From IMG/VR virus record IMGVR_UViG_3300025528_000008, positions 1-59,405 of that record: a stretch of 59,405 nt of DNA. The stretch is one strand, 5' to 3'. The notes under the pieces are model-generated. The model had not been told where the DNA came from. It saw nothing but the letters and a program-made list of their open reading frames with translations, and made no database searches. A program made the position numbers and the translations under genes. This DNA comes from a virus (taxonomy: Duplodnaviria; Caudoviricetes). Below are positions 35,973 through 46,066 of the stretch, one piece after another. The stretch's first letter is position 1, and every line of letters starts with the position of its first letter.

Positions 35973-36410
35973 GTGGGAACTCGTGGTCCTGTGCCCAAGC
36001 ACAGCAGTGAGCGTCGCCGTCAGAACAAGCCTGAGGGCGGCGAGATCACTGTGGTTCGTGCTCGGTTGGGGGCCGTTGAGCAGCCGCCTGCGTCGCCGGA
36101 TTGGCACCCGATCGCCAGGGACTGGTATGAGTCGCTGGCGGAGTCGGGGCAGGCGCAGTTCTATGAGCCGTCGGACTGGCAGACCGCCCGGTACATCGCC
36201 GAGGCGATGACCCGGAATCTTGAGGCGGGGCGGTTCTCGGCCCAGTTGTTCGCTGCAGTGCTGTCCGGGATGACGGAGCTGCTGACCACGGAGGGTGCTC
36301 GGCGACGGGCCCGGTTGGAGATCGAACGGGCCTGTGCTGGGGACGGTGGGAACAGACAGCCGGCTGGGGTGACGGCGCTCAATGACTACCGAAACGCTCT
36401 CGGCGGCTGA
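35973..36410 (+). CDS. terS: terminase small subunit
   Basis: GTRGPVPK; WHPIARDWYESL..SGQAQFYEPSDW; precedes terL. Confidence 0.85.
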   Translation: MGTRGPVPKHSSERRRQNKPEGGEITVVRARLGAVEQPPASPDWHPIARDWYESLAESGQAQFYEPSDWQTARYIAEAMTRNLEAGRFSAQLFAAVLSGMTELLTTEGARRRARLEIERACAGDGGNRQPAGVTALNDYRNALGG

Positions 36411-38145
36411 CTCTGCTGCGGTTGATCTTTCCGCGTTGGAGCCGGTGCGGATCGGCCCCACTTGGCAGCGGGATGAGCAGGGGCGCTGGCTGCTGCCGAA
36501 GTGGTCGTTGGGCTGGCACATCCTGGCGTGGACCAGTGAGAACCTGCAGCACAGCAACGGCGATGACTGGCGGTACACGCTTGAGCAGGCGCGGTTGACG
36601 TTGTGGTGGTACGCCGTCGATGAGAACGGTGAATTCATTTACCGCGACGGTGTGATCCAGCGTCTGAAGGGCTGGGGGAAGGATCCGCTGGCGGCGACGT
36701 GGTGTGCGGTGGAGTTCATCGGCCCGTGCCGCCCGTCGGGGGAGTACGCCAAGTTCGACGTTCCGGACTGGGTCGATCCTTACCAGCCGGTGGGCCGGCC
36801 GCATCCTGAGGCGTGGGTGCAGATCGCGGCGGTGTCGAAGGACCAGACGCGTAACACGATGACGTTGTTCCCTGGTCTGTTCAAGAAGTCGACGATCGAG
36901 GAGCACCACATCGATCTCGGCAAGGAGATCATTTACGCCAACCGGGGGCGGCAGCGTATTGAGGCGGTGACGTCGTCGCCGCGTGCGCTTGAGGGTGCTC
37001 GTGCCACGTTCGTGGTGCGGAATGAGACGCATCACTGGCTCTCTAACAACGAGGGCCATGAGATGGAAGCGGTCATCAGCCGGAACGCGGACAAGTCCAC
37101 GGACGGGTCGGCCCGCGCGATCTCGATCACGAACGCTTTTGAGCCTGGTGAGGATTCGGTGGCCGAGCGTGCCCGGGACGCCTATGAGGAGGTGCTGGCG
37201 GGCCGGGCAGTCGACACCGGGATGCTGTACGACTCGCTGGAGGCTCCACCTGAGGCGCCTTTGACGGCGGAGGCGGCGCCGAAGGTGATTGAGATGGTCC
37301 GTGGGGACTCGACGTGGCTGAGTGTTCCCCGGATCGTCAAGTCGATCCTGGACACGAGGAACCCCCCGTCCCGGTCGAGGCGGTTTTGGTACAACCAGAT
37401 CGTCGCGGCTGAGGACGCGTGGATCACTCCTCAGCAGTGGGACGCGTTGGAGCGTAAGGACCGGCTGCTGGAGGACGGCGAGAGCATCTGCGTGTTCTTC
37501 GACGGGTCCAAGAGTGACGACGCGACGGTGCTGGTGGGGTCGTGTGTGTCGGATGGGCACGTGTTCCTCATCGGCTGCTGGCAGCGGCCGATTGGGCTGG
37601 ACCCGAAGCTTCCCTGGTCGGTTCCCCGGCATGAGGTGGACGCCGCTGTTGAGCGGATGTTCGACACCTGGGATGTGGTCGGGTTTTTCGCCGACCCTGG
37701 TGGCGGCCACGATGAGTCGGGGGAGCGGTACTGGGATGCTCACATTGACAGGTGGGCGAACCTGTATGGGGATCGGCTGCTGGTCAAGGCGACGAGCACA
37801 AAAGGCCGGCAGCACGCGGTGATGTGGGACATGGGTTCCCCGGCCCGGCAGCAGGAATTCACTGAGGCTACTGAACGCTGCTACAGCGACATCGTCAGCA
37901 CGAGGACCCTGACACATGACGGGAATCGGATTCTTCGGCAGCATGCGGTGAATGCCCGGCGTCGGCCTAACAAGTGGGGTGTGGCGATCGGGAAGGAGCA
38001 CCGGGAGTCTGCGAAGAAGATCGACGCGATTGTGGCGGCGATCGGTGCGCGGATGGTGCGTCGGCTGGTGTTGTCGTCACCTAGCTGGACGGGGCGTTCC
38101 TCTGCGAGGAGGAAACGCAGCGGCCGGGTGTACGGATTCTCCTGA
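36382..38145 (+). CDS. terL: terminase large subunit
   Basis: RLKGWGKDP, QIAAVSKDQT, NETHHW, FDGSKSDDAT, KIDA. Confidence 0.95.
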   Translation: MTTETLSAADSAAVDLSALEPVRIGPTWQRDEQGRWLLPKWSLGWHILAWTSENLQHSNGDDWRYTLEQARLTLWWYAVDENGEFIYRDGVIQRLKGWGKDPLAATWCAVEFIGPCRPSGEYAKFDVPDWVDPYQPVGRPHPEAWVQIAAVSKDQTRNTMTLFPGLFKKSTIEEHHIDLGKEIIYANRGRQRIEAVTSSPRALEGARATFVVRNETHHWLSNNEGHEMEAVISRNADKSTDGSARAISITNAFEPGEDSVAERARDAYEEVLAGRAVDTGMLYDSLEAPPEAPLTAEAAPKVIEMVRGDSTWLSVPRIVKSILDTRNPPSRSRRFWYNQIVAAEDAWITPQQWDALERKDRLLEDGESICVFFDGSKSDDATVLVGSCVSDGHVFLIGCWQRPIGLDPKLPWSVPRHEVDAAVERMFDTWDVVGFFADPGGGHDESGERYWDAHIDRWANLYGDRLLVKATSTKGRQHAVMWDMGSPARQQEFTEATERCYSDIVSTRTLTHDGNRILRQHAVNARRRPNKWGVAIGKEHRESAKKIDAIVAAIGARMVRRLVLSSPSWTGRSSARRKRSGRVYGFS

Positions 38146-38194
38146 TCACCTTCCCTGTCTTGATGTTTGGTTTCGGCGCTTGTGAGGGGGTGCT

Positions 38195-39640
38195 GTGGCG
38201 CTCTCTGTGGAGCAGGCGGTCGATACCGCGAAGCGGCTGCTGGAGATCCGGGAAGGTGAGCAACGCCGTCTGAACAAGATTGCCGCGTACATGCGCGGCA
38301 GGCAGGACAGCGTGTATGTGCCGCGGGGCGCCCAGCAGGAATACCGGTGGCTGATCAAGCGGGCGAAGGTGAACGTCCTGCCGTTGGTGGTCACCGTGGT
38401 CGCCCAGGCCTTGTTCGTGGAGGGGTACCGGCCGGAGAAGGCGTCTCAGAACGCCAAAGCGTGGGAGTACTGGCAGGCGAACCGGATGGATGCCCGCCAG
38501 CACGGGCTGCACCGGGCGGTGCTGAAGTACGGGGTTGCCTACGCGGTGGTGCTGCCGGGACGGCTGGATGGTCGGCCGATGCCGGTGATCACTCCGAAGT
38601 CACCTCGGCGGATGACGGCCTACTACGAGGATCCGGTTGAGGACGAGTGGCCGATTTACGCGGTCGAGGTGAAGAAGGAGAACCTTCCGAACGGTAAGTG
38701 CCGGAAGGTTGTGCGGCTGTATGACGATGAGGCCCGCTACTCGCTGGTGACGGACGAGGACGACAAGGGCCTTCTGCAGCCGGCGGAGCCGGAGTGGGTT
38801 GCCGAGCACAATCTGGGTGTATGCCCGGTGGTCCGCTATCTGAACGGTGATGACCTGGACGGCGATGAGGAAGTCATCGGCGAGGTCGAGCCGCTCTTTG
38901 ATATGCAGGACCAGCTGAACAGCACAACGTTTGGCCGGATGATGGCCGAACAGTTCGCGGCATTCCGGCAGCGGTACGTGTCCGGGATGGTCATCGAGGG
39001 CGAGGAGGGCCGTCCTAAGGCGCCGTTTGCTGCGGCTGTGGACCGGCTGTGGGTGGCGGAGGACCCGGATACCCGATTTGGAGAGTTCGAGCAGACCGAC
39101 CTGTCCGGGTATCTCAGGAGTGCCGAGGAGACGATCCGGCATATCGCGACGGTGTCGCAGACCCCTCCGCATCACCTGCTCGGGCAGATGACGAACCTGT
39201 CCGCGGATGCTTTGAACTCTGCTCGTGACGGGCTGAACTCCAAGGTGGCGGAGAAGCAGTCTGTTTTTGGAGAGTCGCACGAGCAGATGCTGCGGCTGGC
39301 GTCTCTGGCAGCCGGGGATCGAGACGGGTGGCTGGACACCGCCGCGCAGGTGGTGTGGCGTGATACCCAGTCCCGTTCGCTGGCGCAGACGGTGGACGCC
39401 TTGGGCAAGCTGGTGCAGATGCTGCAGGTGCCGCCGCAGGTGTTGTGGGAGCGGATCCCCGGGGTGACGCAGCAGGATGTGAAGCGCTGGCTGGCCGCTG
39501 CGGCTCAGGCGGACCCGATGGCGCAGTTGAACGCGATGGTGGAGCGGCAGATGAACGGCCTGCCCGCCGTCGACACCGTTCCCGCCGAGCAGGAGGAGCC
39601 GGCGGAGCTGGCCGGGGTGACCGGTGACGACACCGCCTGA
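38195..39640 (+). CDS. portal protein
   Basis: follows terL; WQANRMDARQ, AFRQRY, NLSADAL. Confidence 0.9.
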   Translation: MALSVEQAVDTAKRLLEIREGEQRRLNKIAAYMRGRQDSVYVPRGAQQEYRWLIKRAKVNVLPLVVTVVAQALFVEGYRPEKASQNAKAWEYWQANRMDARQHGLHRAVLKYGVAYAVVLPGRLDGRPMPVITPKSPRRMTAYYEDPVEDEWPIYAVEVKKENLPNGKCRKVVRLYDDEARYSLVTDEDDKGLLQPAEPEWVAEHNLGVCPVVRYLNGDDLDGDEEVIGEVEPLFDMQDQLNSTTFGRMMAEQFAAFRQRYVSGMVIEGEEGRPKAPFAAAVDRLWVAEDPDTRFGEFEQTDLSGYLRSAEETIRHIATVSQTPPHHLLGQMTNLSADALNSARDGLNSKVAEKQSVFGESHEQMLRLASLAAGDRDGWLDTAAQVVWRDTQSRSLAQTVDALGKLVQMLQVPPQVLWERIPGVTQQDVKRWLAAAAQADPMAQLNAMVERQMNGLPAVDTVPAEQEEPAELAGVTGDDTA

Positions 39641-40673
39641 GCCCACGCCTCGGGGCGGTCAGGCGACGCTGGCTGCGTTGACCACCGCTTACATCGCCCA
39701 GCAGCGGCTGCTGTCCGTGGGGCTGGTGCGGGACCTGGTGGAGCTTTTGCGGACGGTGTTCCGCCCTGGTGATGTGGACGGGTCGTGGCGTGCGGTGCGG
39801 CGGGCAGCCGCGGCGATGATCCGGGAGCGACGCCAGTTGGCGGGTCGGCTGGCGGGACGCTACTACCTGCAGGTTCGTGGGTTGTCGCTGGCGCCGCGGC
39901 CGGGCCGGTTGAGGGAGCCGCGGTTGCTGCCGGGCATGCCCGGTTTGGATGAGCTGACCGAGCTGGCCGGGCTGGGTGATGACGCGACTCAAATCCGGCG
40001 GCTCGCCGAGGAGGAGAGGCGGGAGGTCCTTCGGCTGCAGGAGCGGATCGAACGGGAGCTGCAGCGGGACCTGGACCGCGCCCCCGACCTGGCTGCGGCC
40101 ACCGATGCCGCTGGGCGGCGGCGTGGACGTGCCCGGATTGAGGTGGCCGAGCCGGACGAGGTGCCCGATGAGCGCCTGGAGGCCACCCTGCATGCGACCG
40201 GGCTGGCGGTGTACCGGCGAGCCTTGGAATCGGGACGCACCGAGGAGCAGGCGCGGGATTCGATGGCGGTGACGATGCCGGGGGCCGCGCAGATGCTGGT
40301 GCAGGAGGCCGCCCGGCAGGTCATTCGTGACACCACCGAGTCTGATCGTGAGGCGATCGGGTGGATGCGGGTCAGTGACGGTGATCCGTGCTCTTGGTGC
40401 GCCATGCTCATCTCCCGCGGCGCCGTCTACAAGAGCGCGCAGACGGCGGGCCGTGCCCAGGCGAGCCGGTTTGAAGGGGTGAGCCCGTTCCGGTGGCACA
40501 ACTGGTGTTCTTGCCAGGCCGTGCCGGTCTTTGACGCCGATGATCCTCGACTGGCGCGGGCTGAGGCGCTGTATGACCAGTGGCTTGAGGTGACGGCGGG
40601 CCGGTCGGGAAAGGACGCGGTCAATGCGTGGCGGCGCTACTGGGAGAACCGCGAGGACCGCTCGGCAAGCTGA
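39624..40673 (+). CDS. head morphogenesis / minor capsid protein (MuF-like)
   Basis: WMRVSDGDPCSWCAMLISRGAVY..HNWCSCQAVP. Confidence 0.75.
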   Translation: MTTPPEPTPRGGQATLAALTTAYIAQQRLLSVGLVRDLVELLRTVFRPGDVDGSWRAVRRAAAAMIRERRQLAGRLAGRYYLQVRGLSLAPRPGRLREPRLLPGMPGLDELTELAGLGDDATQIRRLAEEERREVLRLQERIERELQRDLDRAPDLAAATDAAGRRRGRARIEVAEPDEVPDERLEATLHATGLAVYRRALESGRTEEQARDSMAVTMPGAAQMLVQEAARQVIRDTTESDREAIGWMRVSDGDPCSWCAMLISRGAVYKSAQTAGRAQASRFEGVSPFRWHNWCSCQAVPVFDADDPRLARAEALYDQWLEVTAGRSGKDAVNAWRRYWENREDRSAS

Positions 40674-40689
40674 GGGCCTGCGGGGTGAG

Positions 40690-41133
40690 GTGGTGTTGGT
40701 GTGCGGGCCACCGGCCGCCGGCAAGACCACCTGGGTACGCAAGCATGCTCGCCCGGGTGACCTGGTGATCGACTTCGATGAGATCTGCAGGCAGCTCGGT
40801 TCCCGCTCTCGCTACGACCATCCGCCGCAGGTTCGGGCGATGGCCAAGGTGATTCGCCCTGAGCTTGAGCGGATGGCGGCTGAAGCACCGGGCCGTGCGT
40901 TCATCATTCGTAGCCTTCCTGATCCGCAGGATCGGGCCGCGGTTGCGCGGCGACTGGGTGCACGGGTCGTGGTGCTTGCCACCCCTGTCGAAGAAGCCAT
41001 CAAGCGCGCGCGTGCGGACCACCGTCCTGCATGGACCGAACGAGCGATCCAGAGCTGGTGGGATCGGTACGCGCCGTCCCAGGTCGATGAGGCCTCTGAG
41101 GAGGTGTTTTCCGGTGGCGGGCTACAGGGCTGA
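40690..41133 (+). CDS. small P-loop kinase/ATPase
   Basis: VVLVCGPPAAGKTTWV..DLVIDFD. Confidence 0.75.
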   Translation: MVLVCGPPAAGKTTWVRKHARPGDLVIDFDEICRQLGSRSRYDHPPQVRAMAKVIRPELERMAAEAPGRAFIIRSLPDPQDRAAVARRLGARVVVLATPVEEAIKRARADHRPAWTERAIQSWWDRYAPSQVDEASEEVFSGGGLQG

Positions 41134-41377
41134 GGTGCTGCGCCGTCTCGTGGAAGAGGGGAAGGCAATGCCGGCGCCGGGTCAAAGCCGCCCCGGCAGG
41201 TTTCCTATCGCCACCCGCGAGGACTTGGAGAACGCGGTCCGCGCGGTCGGCCGGGTCGCCGGTGGTGAGGCCGAGCGTGCGAAGGTGCGCAGGTTCATCA
41301 TGCGCCGTGCTCGTGAGCTCAGGCTGACCGAGCTGATCCCCGACACCTGGCGTGCGGACGGCTCCCTGAAGAGCTAG
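41114..41377 (+). CDS. small head-module protein
   Basis: GAGG RBS; FPIATREDLENAVRAVGR..IMRRARELRLTELIPDTW. Confidence 0.6.
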   Translation: MAGYRAEVLRRLVEEGKAMPAPGQSRPGRFPIATREDLENAVRAVGRVAGGEAERAKVRRFIMRRARELRLTELIPDTWRADGSLKS

Positions 41378-41483
41378 CCGACCGCACCCCACCACACGCG
41401 AGCTTCCCGGGCCGTAATCCCGCGGCACCGGGTCTCTGGCATGCCCGCGCGATGCGGGCTGCCTGCTTTTCGGAGGAATTCAG

Positions 41484-42263
41484 ATGACGCAGGACGCGAT
41501 GTCCACGCCGTCGAATACGACCAGCACTCCCCCGGAGGCGGCCCCGGCGACCGGGGACGATCTCCATGCTCAGCAGTTGCTGGCCGATGCGGTCGCGGGT
41601 GCGACGCCCGGTGATTCCGCTCAGGCTGCTGCTCAGCCCGCATCTCAACCCGCCGGTGGTCCCGCTGCTGCTCAGCAGCACTCCACCCAGCAGCCCGCCC
41701 AATCCACGCAGCCTGCGCAGTCTGCTCAGGTCACGCAGCCCGCTCAAGACGACGGCGATGGCCGAGGCGACGGCGACAGGCAGCAGGGCGAGGACCGGCT
41801 CGGGGAGGCAGGGAAGCGCGCCTTGCACACCGAACGGCAGGCCCGCAGGGCGGCGGAGAGAGAACTGGCTGAGCTGCGTAAGCGGCTGCAGGCCTACGAA
41901 GACCGAGAGAAGACCGAACTTCAGAAGGCCCAGGAGGCGGCGGAACGCTACCAGGCCGAGCTGAGGGCGGCGCGGGTGGCGAACGCCCGGCTGATGGCCG
42001 CGGCGATGCACAACATCCCCCCGGACCTGATCGACCTGCTGGGGGATGGCACCGACGAGGAGATCGAGGCCCGAGCCAAGCTCCTAGCCGAACGACTCGC
42101 CGCCGCCCAGCAGCCCGCGCCCACGCCCGCTCCTGCGCCGGCGCAGCGTCCGGAGCCGACCCGGCCGGTGGAGTCACTGACGCCGGGTGGACAGCCCGTC
42201 GAGGACGCCACCGCCCGGGAGGACCCGGACACGTGGATCCGTCGCCTGGCCGGGCGCTTGTAG
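41484..42263 (+). CDS. capsid scaffolding protein
   Basis: low-complexity N-terminus, LGEAGKRAL..KTELQK coiled coil; precedes capsid gene. Confidence 0.8.
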   Translation: MTQDAMSTPSNTTSTPPEAAPATGDDLHAQQLLADAVAGATPGDSAQAAAQPASQPAGGPAAAQQHSTQQPAQSTQPAQSAQVTQPAQDDGDGRGDGDRQQGEDRLGEAGKRALHTERQARRAAERELAELRKRLQAYEDREKTELQKAQEAAERYQAELRAARVANARLMAAAMHNIPPDLIDLLGDGTDEEIEARAKLLAERLAAAQQPAPTPAPAPAQRPEPTRPVESLTPGGQPVEDATAREDPDTWIRRLAGRL

Positions 42264-42273
42264 CCCTCTGATC

Positions 42274-42313
42274 GCAGCACCGGTCCCTATCGAGCCACTG
42301 GGCCCGGTGCTGC
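42274..42313 (+). promoter_or_regulatory. hairpin upstream of capsid RBS
   Basis: GCAGCACCGG/CCGGTGCTGC 10-bp IR. Confidence 0.45.
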
Positions 42314-42339
42314 CGTGCGTCTGAAAGGAGTAAGGCCCA

Positions 42340-43299
42340 GTGGCGGACTACGACCAGATCATTTCGCGGGATCCCACCGACGACCCGCTTGTCCCCACCC
42401 CGGTGTCCGCGCAGATCATTCAGGAGATGCCGACGCAGTCGGCGATCCTGCAGCGGGCACGTCAGGTCCCCATGAGCACGAAGACCCAGCGCATGCCGGC
42501 GCTGGACGTGCTGCCGTTTGCCTACTTCGTGGGCGGCGGCGACACCGGGATGAAGAAGACCACCAAGCAGGACTGGAAGAACGTCAACCTGGTGGTCGAG
42601 GAGATCGCCGCGATCGTGCCGATCCCCGAGTCCTACCTGGACGACGCGCAGGTGCCGATCTGGGACGAGGTCCGTCCCCGCATGGTGGAGGCCATCGGCT
42701 CGGTCCTGGACGCGGCCTGCCTGTTCGGGGTGAACAAGCCGTCGACGTGGCCGTCGGCGATCTACCAGGCCGCAGTCGCCGCTGGGAACACGGTGGCCGT
42801 CGGCACTGGGGGCGACCTGGCTGTCGACGTCGCCAACGTCGGCGAGAAGCTCGCCCAGGACGGCTACTCGATCAACGGGTTCATCTGCCGTCCCGGGTTC
42901 CGGTGGCGGTTGAACGCGCTGCGGTCCAAGGACGGCGCCCCGATCTACCAGCCGGACCTGCAGGGCGGCATGGGCTCCACCCTGTATGGGTTCGGCCTGT
43001 CGGAGGTGAACAACGGCGCCTGGGACGCCAACGAGGCCGAGCTGATCATGGGGGACTGGTCCAAGTGCCTCATCGGACTGCGCCAGGACATCACGTGGAA
43101 GGTGTTCACCGAGGGCGTCATCTCCGACGATGACGGCAAGGTGATCCTGAACCTCATGCAGCAGGACGCCGTCGCGCTGCGTGTGGTGATGCGGGTGGCG
43201 TTCGCCACCGCCAACCCGGTCACGCGGCTCAACGCGGACTCGGCGACCCGGTACCCGTTCGGGGTGCTGCAGTCCGCCACCGGCGGAGGGTCGTCCTGA
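42340..43299 (+). CDS. major capsid protein (HK97 fold)
   Basis: EEIAAIVPIPE, GDWS..IGLRQDIT, NLMQQDAVALRVVMR; position. Confidence 0.9.
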   Translation: MADYDQIISRDPTDDPLVPTPVSAQIIQEMPTQSAILQRARQVPMSTKTQRMPALDVLPFAYFVGGGDTGMKKTTKQDWKNVNLVVEEIAAIVPIPESYLDDAQVPIWDEVRPRMVEAIGSVLDAACLFGVNKPSTWPSAIYQAAVAAGNTVAVGTGGDLAVDVANVGEKLAQDGYSINGFICRPGFRWRLNALRSKDGAPIYQPDLQGGMGSTLYGFGLSEVNNGAWDANEAELIMGDWSKCLIGLRQDITWKVFTEGVISDDDGKVILNLMQQDAVALRVVMRVAFATANPVTRLNADSATRYPFGVLQSATGGGSS

Positions 43300-43318
43300 C
43301 TCTCGGTGGTGCGGTGAT

Positions 43319-43349
43319 CCCGGGCAGCAGGATGCCCCTGCTGCCCGGG
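43319..43349 (+). terminator. 13-bp hairpin after capsid gene
   Basis: CCCGGGCAGCAGG-ATGCC-CCTGCTGCCCGGG, no U tract. Confidence 0.5.
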
Positions 43350-43370
43350 GGCCGGGAGAGGGTGTGAGCG

Positions 43371-44372
43371 GTGGTCCACGTGTTGGCGATGGTGCCGTCC
43401 TACCCGCCGCTCTCGGGTGTCGGGTCGTGGGTCATGACCCATCAGATGCTGCGCTATCTGGTCGGCCATGGCCACGAGGCGGACGTGGTGCTCACCAGCA
43501 CCAGTGGCGCCCCCTACGCCCTGGATGGGGTGCGGGTGTGGCCGCATACCGGGAAAGCCGATCCGTTCAGGTTTCTGAACGATGCGGATGTGATCGTCTC
43601 GCATGCGGACGCGGCGAAACGCGCGACGATCCTGGGAGACATCCACGGCGTGCCGGTGGCGAGGCTGGTCCACAACGCTCTGGCGCCCACCGCCTCCATG
43701 ATGGCCAAATACCCGGCAGCGTTGACGGTGTTCAACTCCCAGTACGTCGCACGCCAGTTCGCCGGCCAGGTCGGCCGGTGGATCATCGTGCGGCCACCGG
43801 TGCACGCCGCCGACTACGCCACCACCCCCGGCCGGTGCGTCACGCTGGTGAACCTGTCCGCGGACAAGGGCGCCGAGGTGTTCTACGCCCTGGCCGAACG
43901 GTTTCCCCACCGACAGTTTCTGGGGGTGCGGGGCGGCTATGGGGTGCAGATCCTGCCCCGCGGGCCGGACGATGTGCCGAACGTGGAGGTCTTGCCGCAT
44001 GTGCGGCCGGACCGGATGCGGGACGAGGTGTACGCGCGCACCCGGGTCCTGCTCATGCCGAGTGCGCACGAGTCGTGGGGCCGGGTCGGGGTGGAGGCGA
44101 TGTGCTCGGGCATCCCGGTGATCGCACACCCCACACCCGGTCTGCGGGAGTCCCTTGGGGATGCGGGGATTTTCGCCGACCGGGGCGATCTGGACGCCTG
44201 GGAGGAGGCGCTGCGGCGGCTGCTGGACGGGCGCCGGTGGCGGGCCGCGTCCCGCCGCGCGAAGGCCCGAGCAGCGGAGCTGGACCCGTCCGCCGACCTG
44301 GAGGTGTGGCGGGAGGAGATCGAGCTCCTGGCGAGGAGGAGGGTCCGTGGCTGCTCTGGCATCGCCGGCTGA
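43371..44372 (+). CDS. GT-B (family 4-like) glycosyltransferase
   Basis: LLMPSAHESWGRVGVEAMCSGIPVIA (Ex7E motif). Confidence 0.85.
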   Translation: MVHVLAMVPSYPPLSGVGSWVMTHQMLRYLVGHGHEADVVLTSTSGAPYALDGVRVWPHTGKADPFRFLNDADVIVSHADAAKRATILGDIHGVPVARLVHNALAPTASMMAKYPAALTVFNSQYVARQFAGQVGRWIIVRPPVHAADYATTPGRCVTLVNLSADKGAEVFYALAERFPHRQFLGVRGGYGVQILPRGPDDVPNVEVLPHVRPDRMRDEVYARTRVLLMPSAHESWGRVGVEAMCSGIPVIAHPTPGLRESLGDAGIFADRGDLDAWEEALRRLLDGRRWRAASRRAKARAAELDPSADLEVWREEIELLARRRVRGCSGIAG

Positions 44373-44964
44373 TGTGGAGGCCCGGCTCGGCCGGCCCTTC
44401 ACCCCAGTCGAGGAAGCCCGCATCGACGCGCTGCTGGAGGACGCTTCTGCGATCATCCGCGCCTACACCGGGCAGTCCTTCGAGCGGGTCGATGACGATG
44501 TGGTGGTGCTGCGCGCGGTCGGTGGACGACTGACGTTGCCGCAGCGCCCGGTCATCGAGGTCACCCGCGTGGAGGCGGTCGGCGGCGGCGAGGGCCTGCC
44601 GGACTTTGCCCTCACGGATTGGACATTCGATGGGATCGACACGATCCGGCTCGGTGATGGCGCGGTGATCATCAACCTGCCGGAGGCGTGGTGGGACGAG
44701 GACGGTTATCCGGGCACCTACCGGGTCACCTACTCCCACGGCTGGGAGCAGGTGCCGGGGGATGTGCTGGCCGTGGTGTGCGCGATGGCCACCCGAGCCC
44801 TGGCGAATCCGAACAATCTCCGGTCGGAGACGGTGGGGTCGTACTCGGTGACGTATGCGGTGCCGACGACCGGTGATCAGTTGGGGTTGAACCTGACTCG
44901 GTATGAGCGGTCCACCTTGGACCGGTATCGCAACAAGGCCGCCACGGTGAAGGTGGTCCGCTGA
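44347..44964 (+). CDS. head-to-tail adaptor
   Basis: LASPADVEARLGR..LLEDASAIIR; SETVGSYSVTY. Confidence 0.8.
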   Translation: MAALASPADVEARLGRPFTPVEEARIDALLEDASAIIRAYTGQSFERVDDDVVVLRAVGGRLTLPQRPVIEVTRVEAVGGGEGLPDFALTDWTFDGIDTIRLGDGAVIINLPEAWWDEDGYPGTYRVTYSHGWEQVPGDVLAVVCAMATRALANPNNLRSETVGSYSVTYAVPTTGDQLGLNLTRYERSTLDRYRNKAATVKVVR

Positions 44965-45278
44965 TGCTCGGTCCGCACACGGTCACCGTGGTCCGCCCTC
45001 CCGAGCGGGACGGGTGGGGCAACCAGCAGGGGACAGGGTCGTCGACGCCGGTGTCGGGGTGTTTTTGGCAGCCAGTGTCCACGGACGAGCAGCAGGTCGG
45101 CGCCGACACCGTCACCGTGGTTGCCCGCGTGTTCATGCCTCCCACGGCTGATGTGAGGGCCACGGACCGGATCGTCTTCGAGGGCCGCGAGTACACCATC
45201 GAGGGCCGCCCGAAGCTGTTCCACACCCCGGCCGGTCCGCATCACTACGAGATCGACCTACGCGACGTCGAAGGGTAG
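44964..45278 (+). CDS. head-to-tail stopper
   Basis: TVTVVRP..DVRATDRI..YTIEGRP; position. Confidence 0.75.
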   Translation: MLGPHTVTVVRPPERDGWGNQQGTGSSTPVSGCFWQPVSTDEQQVGADTVTVVARVFMPPTADVRATDRIVFEGREYTIEGRPKLFHTPAGPHHYEIDLRDVEG

Positions 45279-45287
45279 GCGGGGGTT

Positions 45288-45596
45288 ATGGCTGCACGGA
45301 TCCGGTACGAGCCGAACTACCGCGGGGTGGGGAGGCTGATGCAGAGCCGGCAGATGGCAGCGATGCTGGCCCGCCGTGCCCAGGCCGGCAAAGCGTGGGC
45401 CGAGTCGGTGGCGCCGGTACGCACCGGCGAGTACAGGTCCTCTTTCGGGGTGTCGTCGACCACCCGCGGCACGGGGCGTTGGTCTGATCGGGCCGCCGCC
45501 TACCTGTACAACACTTCGGATCATGCCACTGCGGTGGAGTGGCAGAACGATGAGCGTGTGCTCGGCCGCGCCGTCGATGTGATCGAGGGCCGCTGA
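45288..45596 (+). CDS. neck protein (HK97 gp10-like)
   Basis: APVRTGEYRSS..HATAVEW. Confidence 0.7.
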   Translation: MAARIRYEPNYRGVGRLMQSRQMAAMLARRAQAGKAWAESVAPVRTGEYRSSFGVSSTTRGTGRWSDRAAAYLYNTSDHATAVEWQNDERVLGRAVDVIEGR

Positions 45597-45988
45597 TGCC
45601 GGTGCTGGACGCGTGGCCGAAGGCCGTGCGGGTCGTCGCCGACATCCTCGCGCCCCTCGGGCTGGTGGTGGGGGAGACCGGCACCGACCTGCAGCAGCAG
45701 ATCACTACGCACGGGCAGGTGATCCGGGTGCGCAGGGTCGGCGGCGCCGATGACGGCATCACCGACGCGGCTCGTATCGACGTGCGCGTGTACGCCGCCG
45801 ACCTGTCGGATGCCGAAGACACCGCGGAGGTGGCACGGCAAAGGCTGATCTCCAAACCGTGGGCCACCGCCCACGGCGTGCTGGACCGTGCGGAGACCGA
45901 GGTCGGCCCGCAGGAAACCCCCAGTCCGGACCCCGAGCATTACCGGGTGGTGTCCGCCACCTACCGGGTCAGTGTCCGCCGCCGCTGA
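45596..45988 (+). CDS. tail terminator
   Basis: IRVRRVGGADD..ARIDV; position. Confidence 0.7.
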   Translation: MPVLDAWPKAVRVVADILAPLGLVVGETGTDLQQQITTHGQVIRVRRVGGADDGITDAARIDVRVYAADLSDAEDTAEVARQRLISKPWATAHGVLDRAETEVGPQETPSPDPEHYRVVSATYRVSVRRR

Positions 45989-46066
45989 CCCGCTCCTCAC
46001 TTAGGCCCGCCAGCCTGCACTGCCCCGCACGCGGGGCGCACACGTGTCCCGACGGAGAGGGAGCTC

